From assembly GCA_040756745.1 (NCBI GenBank), contig JBFLYO010000007.1, positions 47,621-111,620 on the forward strand: a stretch of 64,000 nt of DNA. Direction: 5' to 3'. Below the pieces are notes generated by a model that was given only the letters and a program-made list of their open reading frames with translations, was not told the origin of the DNA and did not search any database. The translations under genes and the position numbers were made by a program. This DNA comes from Bacteroidota bacterium. Its GTDB lineage: Bacteria; Bacteroidota; Ignavibacteria; UBA10030; UBA6906. How positions within the stretch are numbered: the stretch's first letter is position 1; every line of letters begins with the position of its first letter. Below are positions 14,849 through 25,009 of the stretch, piece by piece.

Positions 14849-16390
14849 TCAGGCGCGGACGAGTTCTGCAACCCGCTTCTGTGCAAACGGCACGTGAGCC
14901 GCATATTGAACGGGGGGAAGTTCCAGAAACGTCCGGTAGGATGCTGCGGCATCGGCACTCCGGCCGAGACGTTCCTCAACCAATCCCTTGTTGAGCCATG
15001 CCGACTCGTTTCTCGGATCGACGTCGATCGCTCTGATCAGAGCTGCGAGCGCTTCCTGGAACCGGCCGAGTGTGTACAGGCAGTTGCCGCGGTTGCTCCA
15101 GGCGGACGCATTGTGCTTGTCCGCCTCCGTTGCGGCATCGTAGCACGCGAGCGCCTCTTCGAGCTTGCCAAGCTTCCTGAGACAGACCCCCTTGTTGTTC
15201 CAGGCATCGGAATTCTCCAGCTCCAGTTCAAGCACCTTGGTGTAATGCGCCACGGCCTCTTCGAGATGGCCGAGACTGCTGAGCGAGTATGCCTTGTTGT
15301 ACAGCTCCCACGCCTCAAGGCTTCTGGACTTGTGCGCATCAATGGTTTCTCCCGTCATCCGCTTCAGCAGGGTTTCGAGGTCCGCGCGGAGCGCGTAGAA
15401 CGACTGATACCGGGCGCTTGGTTCTTTCTGCAGGCAACGCTGAATGAAGGGAAACACGGGAGACGTCAGCGGCACCACGCCCGCCTCGGTGTGGAGCCGG
15501 TGCATTTCCCGCCATACGGTGGCGGGATCCTTTTTCATGTCCGGGAGCCGGAACGTCGTCTCGTACGGGAGCCGCCCGCGAGACGCCATCTGATACAGAA
15601 CGACGCCGAAGCTGTAAATGTCGCTCCGTTCGTCGCATCGCGATGCGTTCTGAAACTGTTCCGGGGGCATGTACGTTGGCGTACCGAACCCCGAAAACTC
15701 GGGCAGCATGCGCCGTCGTCGCTGGACGGGGTCCATGGCAGCCCGCGCACGGGACATATCGATGACCTCCGCGAAGCCGAAGTCGGTGATTTTCACCACC
15801 TTATCCTTGTCGATCATGATGTTCGCCGGCTTCACGTCGCGGTGGCAGCGGATGCCGCGCGCATGTGCGTGTTCCATGCCGTGGCAGAACTGGACAGACC
15901 AGCGGAGCGTCTGGTTGAGGTCGGGGGGCCTGCGGGCGAGGTACCCTTCGAGCGAATTGAGGCCCTCCTCGTTCGGCTCGATGTATTCCATGCCGATATA
16001 CAGGCGACCGGCAAGCTCTTCGATGAAGTGAGCCCTGACGACGTAGGGATGTCGCTCAAGTTCGACCCAGACCTTTGCTTCCTTCCTGAATTGATCCCGC
16101 GTTTCGCGGTCTTCGAGGTATTCGTCACGCAGAGTCTTGAGGGCGGAGACAGCGCGCGTTTCACGGGAGTACACCAGATACACCACGCTGAAACCCCCGA
16201 GCCCGAGAACACCAAGCACCTGATAGGAAGTGCCGATGACGTCCCCTTTCTTATAGACGGCACCCGGGTGGTCCGCCTTGATGCGAACGACCACGCCGCC
16301 GGGGAGACGCGTGGTGGAGAGGCCGAAGCGGGACGGGGGTGGGGGCGCCCCATGCAGCAGCCCGCCGAGCATCCTTGTCAGCCTGTTCAT
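14849..16390 (-). CDS. Hanks-type Ser/Thr protein kinase with C-terminal TPR repeats
   Basis: Start moved to MNRLTRMLGG, because the track ORF runs into truA. Contains GLGGFSVVY..ALK, HRDVKPANIM, DFG and PEQ, followed by at least 5 TPR-like repeats (AWNNKGVCLRKLGKLEEALACYD..). Confidence 0.85.
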   Translation of the reverse strand: MNRLTRMLGGLLHGAPPPPSRFGLSTTRLPGGVVVRIKADHPGAVYKKGDVIGTSYQVLGVLGLGGFSVVYLVYSRETRAVSALKTLRDEYLEDRETRDQFRKEAKVWVELERHPYVVRAHFIEELAGRLYIGMEYIEPNEEGLNSLEGYLARRPPDLNQTLRWSVQFCHGMEHAHARGIRCHRDVKPANIMIDKDKVVKITDFGFAEVIDMSRARAAMDPVQRRRRMLPEFSGFGTPTYMPPEQFQNASRCDERSDIYSFGVVLYQMASRGRLPYETTFRLPDMKKDPATVWREMHRLHTEAGVVPLTSPVFPFIQRCLQKEPSARYQSFYALRADLETLLKRMTGETIDAHKSRSLEAWELYNKAYSLSSLGHLEEAVAHYTKVLELELENSDAWNNKGVCLRKLGKLEEALACYDAATEADKHNASAWSNRGNCLYTLGRFQEALAALIRAIDVDPRNESAWLNKGLVEERLGRSADAAASYRTFLELPPVQYAAHVPFAQKRVAELVRA

Positions 16391-16433
16391 CGCGCAGTAG
16401 TGTGTGAGGGTTCGCGTCCCGGCAGGCGAGCGC

Positions 16434-17162
16434 TCAGTAGATGACCTCTTGCAGGAAGAGCCCCTGCGGAGGCGCGGCCATCCCCGCCTTGCGCCGATCC
16501 TTCGCCGCCATGATCTCACGGAACGCAGACACCGGGATAAAGCCGCGCCCGACATCCACCATGGTGCCCACGAGGGCACGCACCATGCCGTGCAGGAAGC
16601 GGTTCCCCCGGATTTCGTACTCATACATGCCGGGGGTTTCCTGCCACACCGACTTCGTCACAGTGCAGCGGTAGTGGCGCGCCTCGGGGTCGTTCTTGGC
16701 GAACGACTCAAAATCGTTGTCGCCGATGATCTGCGCCGCTACCGCGTTCATCGAGACGAGATTCAGGTCGTATTTCACGTACCACTGGTAGTGCCGTCCG
16801 ATCGCCGTCGGCTTCATGGAAATGTAGTACTTATACACACGCTCCCTGGCGTCGTACCGCGCATTGAAGCCCTCCGGAACCTCCTCCACGGCATGGACAT
16901 AGATGTCCTCCGGCAGGATTCCATTGAGGCCGCTCTGCATCGAGCCTACCCCCATCAGTGAATTAGTCCGGAAGCTCGCGACCTGGCCCCGCGCATGCAC
17001 GCCCGCATCGGTCCGTCCGGATCCAATCAGATTGATCGGTTCCTGGAGGATCTGATCAAGCACCTTCGTGATCTCCTCCTGGACACTGCGGCCGTTGGTC
17101 TGCGCCTGCCAGCCGACAAAGTTCGTGCCGTCGTATTCAATAAGCAGTTTGATATCGCGCAT
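16434..17162 (-). CDS. truA: tRNA pseudouridine(38-40) synthase
   Basis: MRDIKLLIEYDGTNFVGWQAQ..GSGRTDAGVHARGQVA.. is the TruA signature. Confidence 0.9.
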   Translation of the reverse strand: MRDIKLLIEYDGTNFVGWQAQTNGRSVQEEITKVLDQILQEPINLIGSGRTDAGVHARGQVASFRTNSLMGVGSMQSGLNGILPEDIYVHAVEEVPEGFNARYDARERVYKYYISMKPTAIGRHYQWYVKYDLNLVSMNAVAAQIIGDNDFESFAKNDPEARHYRCTVTKSVWQETPGMYEYEIRGNRFLHGMVRALVGTMVDVGRGFIPVSAFREIMAAKDRRKAGMAAPPQGLFLQEVIY

Positions 17163-17174
17163 GGTCCGTGATGG

Positions 17175-17936
17175 TCAAAAACTCCGTTGCACCGTGAGCA
17201 TGACACCGTGGGGCGCCGCAGGGGATCCCAGGATCTCCGCACCGAGCCGGAGATCACCGAGCGCATCGTCCTGCGCCGCGTTCTGCGCTATCGCCGCCCG
17301 GGCGGCATTGATGGCGCTGGCGACGTGATTGACAAGGATCGCCGCAACGACAAACTTCCGGTTGTTATACATCGTCTCGCCCCGGATCCGCTCTTCGCGG
17401 AATGCGTGCCGGGACGCCTCTGCGTCCCATTGCCATGCATACCCGAGGGCGGGATCGTAGACACGGGAGAGGTCCCTGTCGCGGAGTTTTTTGTCGTTGT
17501 ACTCCGCCAGTGAGTTGAAGTTGCCTACGTCCACGTAGAGCTGGTCGTCCTTTACTGGCGCCATGAGCGACGCATGCGCTGAGGCAAAGACCCGTGCGTC
17601 GTCGCGGAGGGCGTTTCCCGAAATTTCAAACGCCGCGTAGGTGATCCAGAGAACCCCCTCAGCGATCAGAAAATACTTGCCGGAGCCGAAATCTCCCGTA
17701 TACACTTCACCCATGCCGGGAAGGATCAGGGAGTATATGGCTGCAAGCCCCGGCGTTTTCCGGTCGGCGGCTCCGCCCGTCGGCGGCAGCATTCCGTCTC
17801 CGTTGACCGCAACGGCGGCCGGAAGGCCAAACAGGTCGAGACAGATCCCGGCGCGCGTCTGCGCCGGACCCGAGGGGAGATTCTCAGCATGCAGGGGGAG
17901 AGCAAGGAAAGCGCAGCCGGTCAGGATCCATCGCAT
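17175..17936 (-). CDS. hypothetical exported/membrane protein
   Basis: Start moved to MRWILTGCAFLALPLHA (signal-like). No family recognised with confidence. Confidence 0.5.
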   Translation of the reverse strand: MRWILTGCAFLALPLHAENLPSGPAQTRAGICLDLFGLPAAVAVNGDGMLPPTGGAADRKTPGLAAIYSLILPGMGEVYTGDFGSGKYFLIAEGVLWITYAAFEISGNALRDDARVFASAHASLMAPVKDDQLYVDVGNFNSLAEYNDKKLRDRDLSRVYDPALGYAWQWDAEASRHAFREERIRGETMYNNRKFVVAAILVNHVASAINAARAAIAQNAAQDDALGDLRLGAEILGSPAAPHGVMLTVQRSF

Positions 17937-17976
17937 TGTTGCCACTGTCAGACTCCAGGTAGAGAGATGCCGCTGT

Positions 17977-19308
17977 TTAGGTCGTGGACGATGGTAACAA
18001 TCGACGAGAATGCAAGGCTCCTTTCGTTTGTCGCAGACGGGCGAACACGGCATCCCAGCGCCCGTCGAAGACCATGACGGGGGTCTCCAGGCGTTCCTCG
18101 AGACTGGAAATCGTTTCGTCGTCAAGGAGTAAGCCGTCGGCATTCAGGATGTCGGGCGGCAAGAGGACAAGATCACCGCGCATTTTCCCTGCCAACGCAG
18201 AATATAGACATTTCCCCGAAAGAAGTCCAGCCACCGTCACGCTCCGGCCGAAGAGTCTGTTCTGTGCGACTTCGAGCCGGACCTCAAGCCCGCAGACCGC
18301 CGACAGCCGGGGAAGGACCCATGACCGCAGGAATCCTTCCGCAAGTTCTCCCGTTACGAGGGTAAGTACTCGGCGCGAACGAAGTCGGGTGGGAAATGTG
18401 CGAGATTGTCCATCAAATTCTCCAAGGAAGGATCGGACGAGGCCTACGCCGTTTTCGATCTGCGGAAAGCCGTCGTACGCAGAACCGGGCGGAATCTCCC
18501 TCCCCGCGAGGATGTAAAATTCATCTGAAGCGTACACAAAGGCACGGCCGCATTCCTTTCGGAAGCGTTCTTGCCAGCGGTCAAGAGCATCGAGCAGGGC
18601 GACCGCGTATTCGCGATCGACTTTGTTCAATTGCGCCAGCCCGAAACGGTGATCGGTCAGCCCTACGGGGACCAGCGCCAGAGAAATGACATGCCTGCGA
18701 AAGGCGTACAGATCCTCGACGGTCTTCGCCAGCGTCCCCCCATCGTTGATCCCCGGACAGAGGACGATCTGCGTATGCATATCGATGCCGTTGTCATGCA
18801 GCAAGCGGATCTTCTCGAGGATGCGGTCGTCTTTCTTGAGCCCCATCAGCCGCCGGCGGATCTCGAGATCCGTGACGTGCACGGAGATGTACTGCGGCGA
18901 GAGGCGCTGATCGATGATCCGCTGGAGGATGGCGGGACCGGCATTGGTCATCGTAGTGTAGTTGCCGTACATGAAGGAGAGCCGGTAATCGCCGTCGCGA
19001 AAGTAGAGCTGGTTCCGCATCCCCTGGGGGTTCTGGTCGACAAAACAGAATATGCAGTCGTTCCCGCAGGAGAGGATCTTCATCTCCTCGAAGTCGAGTC
19101 CAACCCGCTCCCCTTCCTCCTTTTCGACGTCGTAGATGGTGACTTCGCCGTCGCGTGCGACCTTCAGGGAAAGCTCCGGATCGCTTTCATGGAACCGGTA
19201 GTCGATATGGTCGAGCACCTTCCTGCCGTTCACTTCCAGCAGTTCGTCCCCCACCCTGATGCCGAGCTCATCGGCGATGCTTGCCGGTTCCACAAGAGTG
19301 ATCTTCAC
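17977..19308 (-). CDS. PDZ plus DUF512-type radical-SAM-like protein
   Basis: GTG start overlapping the mtaB stop (GTGA). PDZ-like ..IADELGIRVGDELLEVNG.. followed by CGNDCIFCF..RLSFMYGNYTTMTN typical of DUF512 proteins. Confidence 0.75.
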   Translation of the reverse strand: MKITLVEPASIADELGIRVGDELLEVNGRKVLDHIDYRFHESDPELSLKVARDGEVTIYDVEKEEGERVGLDFEEMKILSCGNDCIFCFVDQNPQGMRNQLYFRDGDYRLSFMYGNYTTMTNAGPAILQRIIDQRLSPQYISVHVTDLEIRRRLMGLKKDDRILEKIRLLHDNGIDMHTQIVLCPGINDGGTLAKTVEDLYAFRRHVISLALVPVGLTDHRFGLAQLNKVDREYAVALLDALDRWQERFRKECGRAFVYASDEFYILAGREIPPGSAYDGFPQIENGVGLVRSFLGEFDGQSRTFPTRLRSRRVLTLVTGELAEGFLRSWVLPRLSAVCGLEVRLEVAQNRLFGRSVTVAGLLSGKCLYSALAGKMRGDLVLLPPDILNADGLLLDDETISSLEERLETPVMVFDGRWDAVFARLRQTKGALHSRRLLPSSTT

Positions 19309-20612
19309 GCCTCCACCTCCTGCACGACACGTCCCGTGCATTGTTCGTCATCCGCACCTGTAATGAAGACGTTGACGACACTGTTGGCACCTGTCGCATC
19401 AGCCGGCACAGCGACACGGGCATAGGTCCCGGTAAAACCCCTGCGGAGGCCTGTCTCGTTGGAGGATTCGAAGAGAACCTGAACGGTTGAATCCACCAAC
19501 CCTTCATGAAAGGCCCGCCTCTTCTTCATCCCCACGAGACGAAGCCGCGTTGTCCGGCGACGCCGGACCGCGGGGGGAACGGGCGAGCCAAACGAGGCGG
19601 CGGGGGTGTGCGGCCGTTCCGAGTAGGTGAACACATGGAGATAGGACACCGGCAAGTTCTGCAGGAACGCAATCGTCTCCGCAAAGTGCGCATCGGTCTC
19701 CCCCGGAAAACCTGTGATGACATCCACGCCGATGCCGCACTCCGGAATTCTCTCCTGCACTGCATGGATGCGTTCGGCATACTGGGCCGCAGTGTAGCGT
19801 CTGCGCATCCGTCGCAAGATGTCATCCGAGCCGCTCTGGAGCGGGATATGGAAATGCCTGCACATAACCGGCTCGGACGCCACGAAGTCGATGATCGCAT
19901 CGGTCAGCAGATTGGGCTCGATTGAGCTGATCCTGAGGCGGTCGAGCCCTTCGACGCGAACAAGTGTGCCGAGCAGGTCCAGGAGCGAGTTCCCATCCTT
20001 CGAACCGTAGTCCCCGACGTTCACGCCGGTCAGGACAATCTCACGATACCCCCGGGCGATGAGCGTCCGTGCCTGGTCGGTGCACGCGTCGATCGACTGG
20101 CTCCGGCTCGCTCCGCGTGCCAGAGGGATTGTGCAGAAGCTGCAGCGATAATCGCACCCGTCCTGCACCTTGAGGAACGCCCGGGTCCGGTCTGCCGCGT
20201 CCGTCGACGCCGCCGGCCCGAAGTTGTCCACCTGGTCGATCGGCGAGACAAAGACGCGCGGGTAGAGAGCGCGCTCGAGGGGCCCGATCAATGAGAAGAG
20301 CGAGGATTTTTCCTTCGCGCCGAAAACGTAATCCACCTCCTTCATCTCGGCAAGGCGGTCGGGGTTGAGCTGGGCATAGCAGCCGGTCACGATGAGCACC
20401 CCGTCAGGTGAAGCACGCCGGGCGCGCCGGATCAACTGGCGGCACTCCCGGTCCGCACGCTCCGTAACGCTACACGTATTAATAACTGCAATGTCCGCGG
20501 GGGTGCCGAACTCCACCAGCCGGTACCCCCGCGTCAGGAATTCCTTTCCGAGCGACGAGGTCTCTGCGGAATTCAGCTTGCACCCGAGCGTTGTCAGTGA
20601 GACCGTGGGCAT
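19305..20612 (-). CDS. mtaB: radical-SAM methylthiotransferase, MtaB-like (MiaB/RimO family)
   Basis: N-terminal cysteines (LGCKLN, NTCSVT), radical-SAM CDYRCSFC motif, and a TRAM-like C-terminus. Confidence 0.8.
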   Translation of the reverse strand: MPTVSLTTLGCKLNSAETSSLGKEFLTRGYRLVEFGTPADIAVINTCSVTERADRECRQLIRRARRASPDGVLIVTGCYAQLNPDRLAEMKEVDYVFGAKEKSSLFSLIGPLERALYPRVFVSPIDQVDNFGPAASTDAADRTRAFLKVQDGCDYRCSFCTIPLARGASRSQSIDACTDQARTLIARGYREIVLTGVNVGDYGSKDGNSLLDLLGTLVRVEGLDRLRISSIEPNLLTDAIIDFVASEPVMCRHFHIPLQSGSDDILRRMRRRYTAAQYAERIHAVQERIPECGIGVDVITGFPGETDAHFAETIAFLQNLPVSYLHVFTYSERPHTPAASFGSPVPPAVRRRRTTRLRLVGMKKRRAFHEGLVDSTVQVLFESSNETGLRRGFTGTYARVAVPADATGANSVVNVFITGADDEQCTGRVVQEVEA

Positions 20613-20622
20613 GAAGTGATAT

Positions 20623-20654
20623 GAAAAAGAGCTGCCCGGGGCGCGGGCAGCTCT
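20623..20654 (-). terminator. rho-independent terminator after rpsA
   Basis: 11-bp perfect stem AGAGCTGCCCG/CGGGCAGCTCT with a 5-nt loop, followed on the minus strand by TTTTT. Confidence 0.75.
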
Positions 20655-20679
20655 TTCCTTTCGCGCGTACGCTGATGAA

Positions 20680-22461
20680 TCAGTTTTCCGTCGGAATCGA
20701 CGTGTCCCCCGCCGGCGGAGCGCCGGTGATCGTCGCAGATTCGGCGAGAGTGGCCGGCGCGAGACGGTGCTGCGCCATGTAGTCCTCCACGATCTTCGAC
20801 TCCTTCCCCTTCAGGTATTCCACGGCCGAGAGGACGATCTTCTTTGTGTCCTTGTCGAATTCCACGACCTTCAAGGGAAGCGTGTCTCCAACTTTGAACT
20901 TGTCGGGGATGTTCTTCACCTGCGTCATCGCAAGCTGGGAGACGGGCACGAAGCCGTCCACGCCGAGCGGGAGCTCCACGATGACTCCCTTTTCGATGAT
21001 GCGGACGATCTTCCCTTCGACTTCCGTGCCGACACGGTACTGCTCGCCAAACTTGTCCCAGGGATTCTCCTCGATCTGCTTGTGGCCGAGGGAGATGCGG
21101 CGTTGAGCCACGTCCACGCCGAGGATGACCACCTCCAGCTCGTCCCCCTTCTTGACGATCTCGCCGGGGTGGCGGACCTTCTTCGTCCAGGAGAGGTCGG
21201 AGATGTGCACGAGCCCGTCGACCCCCTGCTCCAGCTCAACGAACACGCCGAAGTTGGTGAGGTTTCGCACGATCCCCTTGTGCCGCGAGCCCTCGGGGTA
21301 CTTCTGCATGAGGGTCAACCAGGGATCCGGTTCGAGCTGCTTGATGCCGAGCGAAAGCTTCTTGGCATCCTTGTCGAGGCTCAGAATCACGGCGTCCACC
21401 ATCTGTCCCATCGACACGACCTGCGACGGGTGCTTGATGTGCTGCGTCCAGCTCATCTCGGAGATGTGGATGAGTCCTTCAATCCCTTTCTCGATCTCGA
21501 CGAAAGCGCCGTAGTCCGCGAGGGACACGACCTTGCCGACGACCTTGGTGCCGACAGGGTACTTGTCCTGGATGTTCTCCCAGGGGTGCGGCTGAAGCTG
21601 CTTATACCCGAGCGAGATGCGTTTCTTCTCCTGATCGAAGTCGAGCACGACGACGTTGATGGTCTGATCGAGCTTCACGATTTCGGAGGGATGGTTGATC
21701 CGTCCCCACGACAGGTCGGTGATGTGGACGAGCCCGTCCACGCCGCCGAGGTCGACGAACACGCCGAAGTCGGTGATTGCCTTGACCGTTCCTTCGAGGA
21801 TCTGCCCCTTCTCGAGGCTCTCGATGATGGCCTTGCGCTGGCCCGACATTTCCTCTTCGACGAGGATCTTGTGGCTGACGACGACGTTTTCGGATGGATG
21901 GTTGATCTTGACGACACGAAAATCCATGGTCCTCCCGATGAACGCATCGAAGTCGCGCACCGGGCGGACGTCGATCTGGGAACCCGGCAGAAAGGCGTCG
22001 ATGCCGAGGAGATCGACGACGATCCCACCCTTGATCCGTCTGACGCAGCGCCCCTGGAGGACTTCGCCGGTCTCGAATGATTTCGTGACCCGCTCCCAGA
22101 TGCGCATAAAGTCGGCGCGCTTGCGTGACAGCACAAGCTGGCCGTCCTTGTTCTCCACGCTCTCAAGGAAGACTTCGATTTCGTCTCCCGCCTTGAGCTC
22201 GTCCCGGTTCTTGAACTCGGCAAGCGGAACGGTGCCTTCCGATTTGAAGCCGATATCCACCGTGACGTCGGTATCGCCGATGTTAACGATGCGTCCCTTG
22301 ACGATCTCCCCCTCGGAAATCTTCCCAAGGGTTCCCTCGTACATCTTCATCAGGTCCGAGCGCTCGGATTCGTTGTACTCCTGCTCGTCCATCGCCATCC
22401 GGCGTGTCAGACCGCTCATGGACCTCACTGCCTCTCGTGCCGCGCGTACCGTATCAGCCAT
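20680..22461 (-). CDS. rpsA: 30S ribosomal protein S1
   Basis: Six consecutive S1 domains (..GEIVKGRIV.., ..VLQGRCV.., ..ILEGTVK.., ..KVVGKVV.., ..RHKGIVR.., ..EVEGKIV..). GGAGG lies 4 nt upstream of the ATG. Confidence 0.92.
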   Translation of the reverse strand: MADTVRAAREAVRSMSGLTRRMAMDEQEYNESERSDLMKMYEGTLGKISEGEIVKGRIVNIGDTDVTVDIGFKSEGTVPLAEFKNRDELKAGDEIEVFLESVENKDGQLVLSRKRADFMRIWERVTKSFETGEVLQGRCVRRIKGGIVVDLLGIDAFLPGSQIDVRPVRDFDAFIGRTMDFRVVKINHPSENVVVSHKILVEEEMSGQRKAIIESLEKGQILEGTVKAITDFGVFVDLGGVDGLVHITDLSWGRINHPSEIVKLDQTINVVVLDFDQEKKRISLGYKQLQPHPWENIQDKYPVGTKVVGKVVSLADYGAFVEIEKGIEGLIHISEMSWTQHIKHPSQVVSMGQMVDAVILSLDKDAKKLSLGIKQLEPDPWLTLMQKYPEGSRHKGIVRNLTNFGVFVELEQGVDGLVHISDLSWTKKVRHPGEIVKKGDELEVVILGVDVAQRRISLGHKQIEENPWDKFGEQYRVGTEVEGKIVRIIEKGVIVELPLGVDGFVPVSQLAMTQVKNIPDKFKVGDTLPLKVVEFDKDTKKIVLSAVEYLKGKESKIVEDYMAQHRLAPATLAESATITGAPPAGDTSIPTEN

Positions 22462-22619
22462 TCATCCTCCTGTTGTGTGACATAACGTCCCGAGGCTGGT
22501 CGGGACCTTACCTTCTCCCGTGCGCCGCCCGTCGCCGCCGTCATCATCCGGCCCCGGTCGCCGTGCGAGAGAAACCTCTGTTGGTTGGTGGAAGTGAGTT
22601 AGTTTGTGATGACGGAATT

Positions 22620-22745
22620 TCTCAATTTCGGATTGTGGAATGCGCCCGCCTGCCTCTCTGAACTCTCTGAGGCGGGCAGGGATTGCGGAATAAGTCTCCC
22701 TTCCTCTCTGATTACTGACTTCTGCCAACTGACTTCTCCTGTTCC
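22620..22745 (+). repeat. hairpin repeat copy R1 embedded in heptad tract
   Basis: Core 22643-22692 is CGCCCGCCTGCCTCTCTGAACTCTCTGAGGCGGGCAGGGATTGCGGAATA (8-bp GC stem, 18-nt loop with CTCTCTGA x2). Flanks are 7-nt periodic. The 3' flank supplies the last ispH codons. Confidence 0.8.
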
Positions 22746-23617
22746 ATCATTGACTCTACCGCCGACTTTACCCGCATCATAAGCCACTGTGGCGTCGACG
22801 TTGCTCCGCTGATCCCCACACGTTCCGCACTGTCGAACCATGCCCTGCGGAGCTCGGTCTCGTCCTCGATGAAATATGTGCGGGCATTCGCCTGCCGGCA
22901 AATCTCAAAGAGCACCTTGCCGTTGGAGGAATTCCGCCCCGCCACAAAGACCATCACGTCGTTCTTCCCGGCAAACTCACGGAGCTTCTTGTCCCGCCCC
23001 GACACCTGCCCGCAGATCGTGTCCTTGGCATGGAAGTCGATCGCCGATTCCTCGAAGGTCCCCACCACGAACTCCCTGATCTTCGTTCGGAGCTCGCTGG
23101 CGATTTGGTAGAAGGTCTCTTTATCCATCGTCGTCTGCGAGAAGAGCACGGTCTTGCGTGAGACGTCCACGCGAACGGCTTCTTCGACGCTCTTGATGAC
23201 GACGGCCTCGTCGTTCGTCTGCCCGAGGAGCCCGATCACCTCAGCATGATCCTTCTTGCCGAAGATGACGACCTGGTATCCCTGGTCGTAGAACTTGCGG
23301 ATCCGCTCCTGCACCTTCGTCACGACCGGACAGGTGGCGTCCACGAGCGTGATGCCGTGCGCGCGGGCGAGAGCATACGTGGAGGGAGGTTCTCCGTGAG
23401 CCCTGATGAGCACCGTGCGCCCTGACAGCCGGGGCAGGTCGGCATGCGTCACGGTCTCGAGTCCCTCCGTGCGGAGCCGCTCAATTTCTCTCGGATTGTG
23501 GATGATCGGTCCAAGGGAGTAGAGTTCCCGCGTCGACTTCAGTTCCTCCTCCGCGATGTCGATCGTGCGCACCACGCCCCAACAGAATCCCGAGTGCTGA
23601 TCCACCGTCACTGTCAT
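22712..23617 (-). CDS. ispH: 4-hydroxy-3-methylbut-2-enyl diphosphate reductase
   Basis: ..GFCWGVVR.., ..IRAHGEPP.., ..ATCPVVTKV.. are the LytB/IspH cysteine motifs. Confidence 0.9.
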   Translation of the reverse strand: MTVTVDQHSGFCWGVVRTIDIAEEELKSTRELYSLGPIIHNPREIERLRTEGLETVTHADLPRLSGRTVLIRAHGEPPSTYALARAHGITLVDATCPVVTKVQERIRKFYDQGYQVVIFGKKDHAEVIGLLGQTNDEAVVIKSVEEAVRVDVSRKTVLFSQTTMDKETFYQIASELRTKIREFVVGTFEESAIDFHAKDTICGQVSGRDKKLREFAGKNDVMVFVAGRNSSNGKVLFEICRQANARTYFIEDETELRRAWFDSAERVGISGATSTPQWLMMRVKSAVESMMEQEKSVGRSQ

Positions 23618-24306
23618 GCCGTTCCCTTCTCCTTCAGCAGCGTCCGCACGCGATCCAGGACCGCCGCCACCTGTTCCTCGATTGTCATGGAGGAGGTGTC
23701 CACTTCGATCGCATCCTCCGCCTTCCGGAGCGGGCTCGCCTCCCGCGTCGAATCGATTCTGTCTCGTTCTCCGATCTCTTCGGTCAGCGTCGCGAGGTCC
23801 GCGTGCTGCCCAGCTGCGCGAAGCTCCTCCAGGCGCCGCCGCGCGCGGGCCTCAATGCTCGCAATGAGAAAGATCTTGACATCCGCATCGGGAAACACGA
23901 CCGTCCCGATGTCGCGTCCTTCCAGCACAATCCCCCCCTGCACTCCCATGCGCCTTTGTTCGCGCACCATCACTGCACGGACGTCCGGGATGCGGCTCAC
24001 CGCGCTGACGGCGCGCGTGACCGCACCGGAACGGATCTCACGCGTAACATCCTCACCGTCGAGCATCACGAGGAGTTTTCCGCTCCTCACGTTCAGCTCG
24101 ATCCTTGTGCGCTCGATCAGCCCTGCTACCTGCATTACATCATCCGGCAGGATACCGTTGCGCAGAACCTTGAGTGTCGCCGCCCGGTACATCGCCCCCG
24201 TGTCCACGTGGAGATACCCCAATCGTTCCGCGACGAGCTTTGCGGTGGTCGTTTTTCCTGACGCGGCGGGGCCGTCGATCGCGATGACCAGCTTTCGGGG
24301 GCTCAA
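23614..24306 (-). CDS. cmk: cytidylate kinase
   Basis: ..VIAIDGPAASGKTT... Start probably the TTG at 24306 (AGGAG upstream), because the track start at 24378 would overlap the divergent methyltransferase gene. Confidence 0.85.
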   Translation of the reverse strand: MSPRKLVIAIDGPAASGKTTTAKLVAERLGYLHVDTGAMYRAATLKVLRNGILPDDVMQVAGLIERTRIELNVRSGKLLVMLDGEDVTREIRSGAVTRAVSAVSRIPDVRAVMVREQRRMGVQGGIVLEGRDIGTVVFPDADVKIFLIASIEARARRRLEELRAAGQHADLATLTEEIGERDRIDSTREASPLRKAEDAIEVDTSSMTIEEQVAAVLDRVRTLLKEKGTA

Positions 24307-24376
24307 GCTCTCCTGCGAACGTAGTCTATAAATATACCCTTTTTCCCCAGATTGCGCAAGGGTTGGACGAGGCGCC

Positions 24377-25009
24377 ATGAATGCCTATATTGGAGCGGAA
24401 TGGCACAAAAAACGGACGGAAACATTGAGAAAACTGACTCTGGAAGAGATCTCTGCAAGGCGCCCTCATCCGCTTGTCACATCCGACAAGCGGTTTCCCA
24501 TTGCCGCATTGCTTGACAACATCAGAAGCCTGTACAATGTCGGCTCCATCTTTCGCACCTCGGACGGCGCCGGCATCCGCCACCTGTATCTCTGCGGGTA
24601 CACGCCGCACCCCCCTCGCAAAGAGATCGAGAAAACCGCCCTCGGCACGGTCGCGACCGTCCCATGGTCTCATCATCGGGATCCCCTCGAAGCAATCAGG
24701 GCGGCACGCGGCGCCGGGATGAGGATCTGCGTGCTTGAACACACCGACGAGAGCATCCCGACCTACGCCCTCACCCCTGCCGACTTCCCCCTCTGCCTCG
24801 TCGTCGGCAACGAGCTGACAGGAGTTGCCGCGGCGATCATGGCCGAGGCGGATCTCGCCGTGGAGATCCCCATGCATGGCGTGAAGCAGTCGCTCAACGC
24901 CGCCGTCGCGTATGGCGTGGCGGTATTCGACCTGGTACGGATACTGAAGGGTGGCGCCGGAGGGAGAACGCCGGCCGACGCTACAGCGCCACGTCGTATG
25001 CGAGCGTGA
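24377..25009 (+). CDS. SpoU/TrmH-family RNA 2'-O-methyltransferase
   Basis: ..NIRSLYNVGSIFRTSDGAG.. , ..LVVGNELTGV.. , ..IPMHGVKQSLNAAVAYGV.. are the SpoU motifs. Confidence 0.8.
   Translation: MNAYIGAEWHKKRTETLRKLTLEEISARRPHPLVTSDKRFPIAALLDNIRSLYNVGSIFRTSDGAGIRHLYLCGYTPHPPRKEIEKTALGTVATVPWSHHRDPLEAIRAARGAGMRICVLEHTDESIPTYALTPADFPLCLVVGNELTGVAAAIMAEADLAVEIPMHGVKQSLNAAVAYGVAVFDLVRILKGGAGGRTPADATAPRRMRA

Noticed and set aside
14288-16444. 718-aa plus-strand ORF, the longest in this region
   Set aside because: It is fully antisense to the CbiM and Ser/Thr kinase genes, which have clear motifs. Its translation is Arg/Gly/His/Pro-rich with no recognisable domain. This is a typical stop-poor antisense frame of a high-GC genome.
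20767-22080. 437-aa plus-strand ORF
   Set aside because: It is antisense to rpsA (six S1 domains). The product is a low-complexity D/L/H/E-rich mirror translation.
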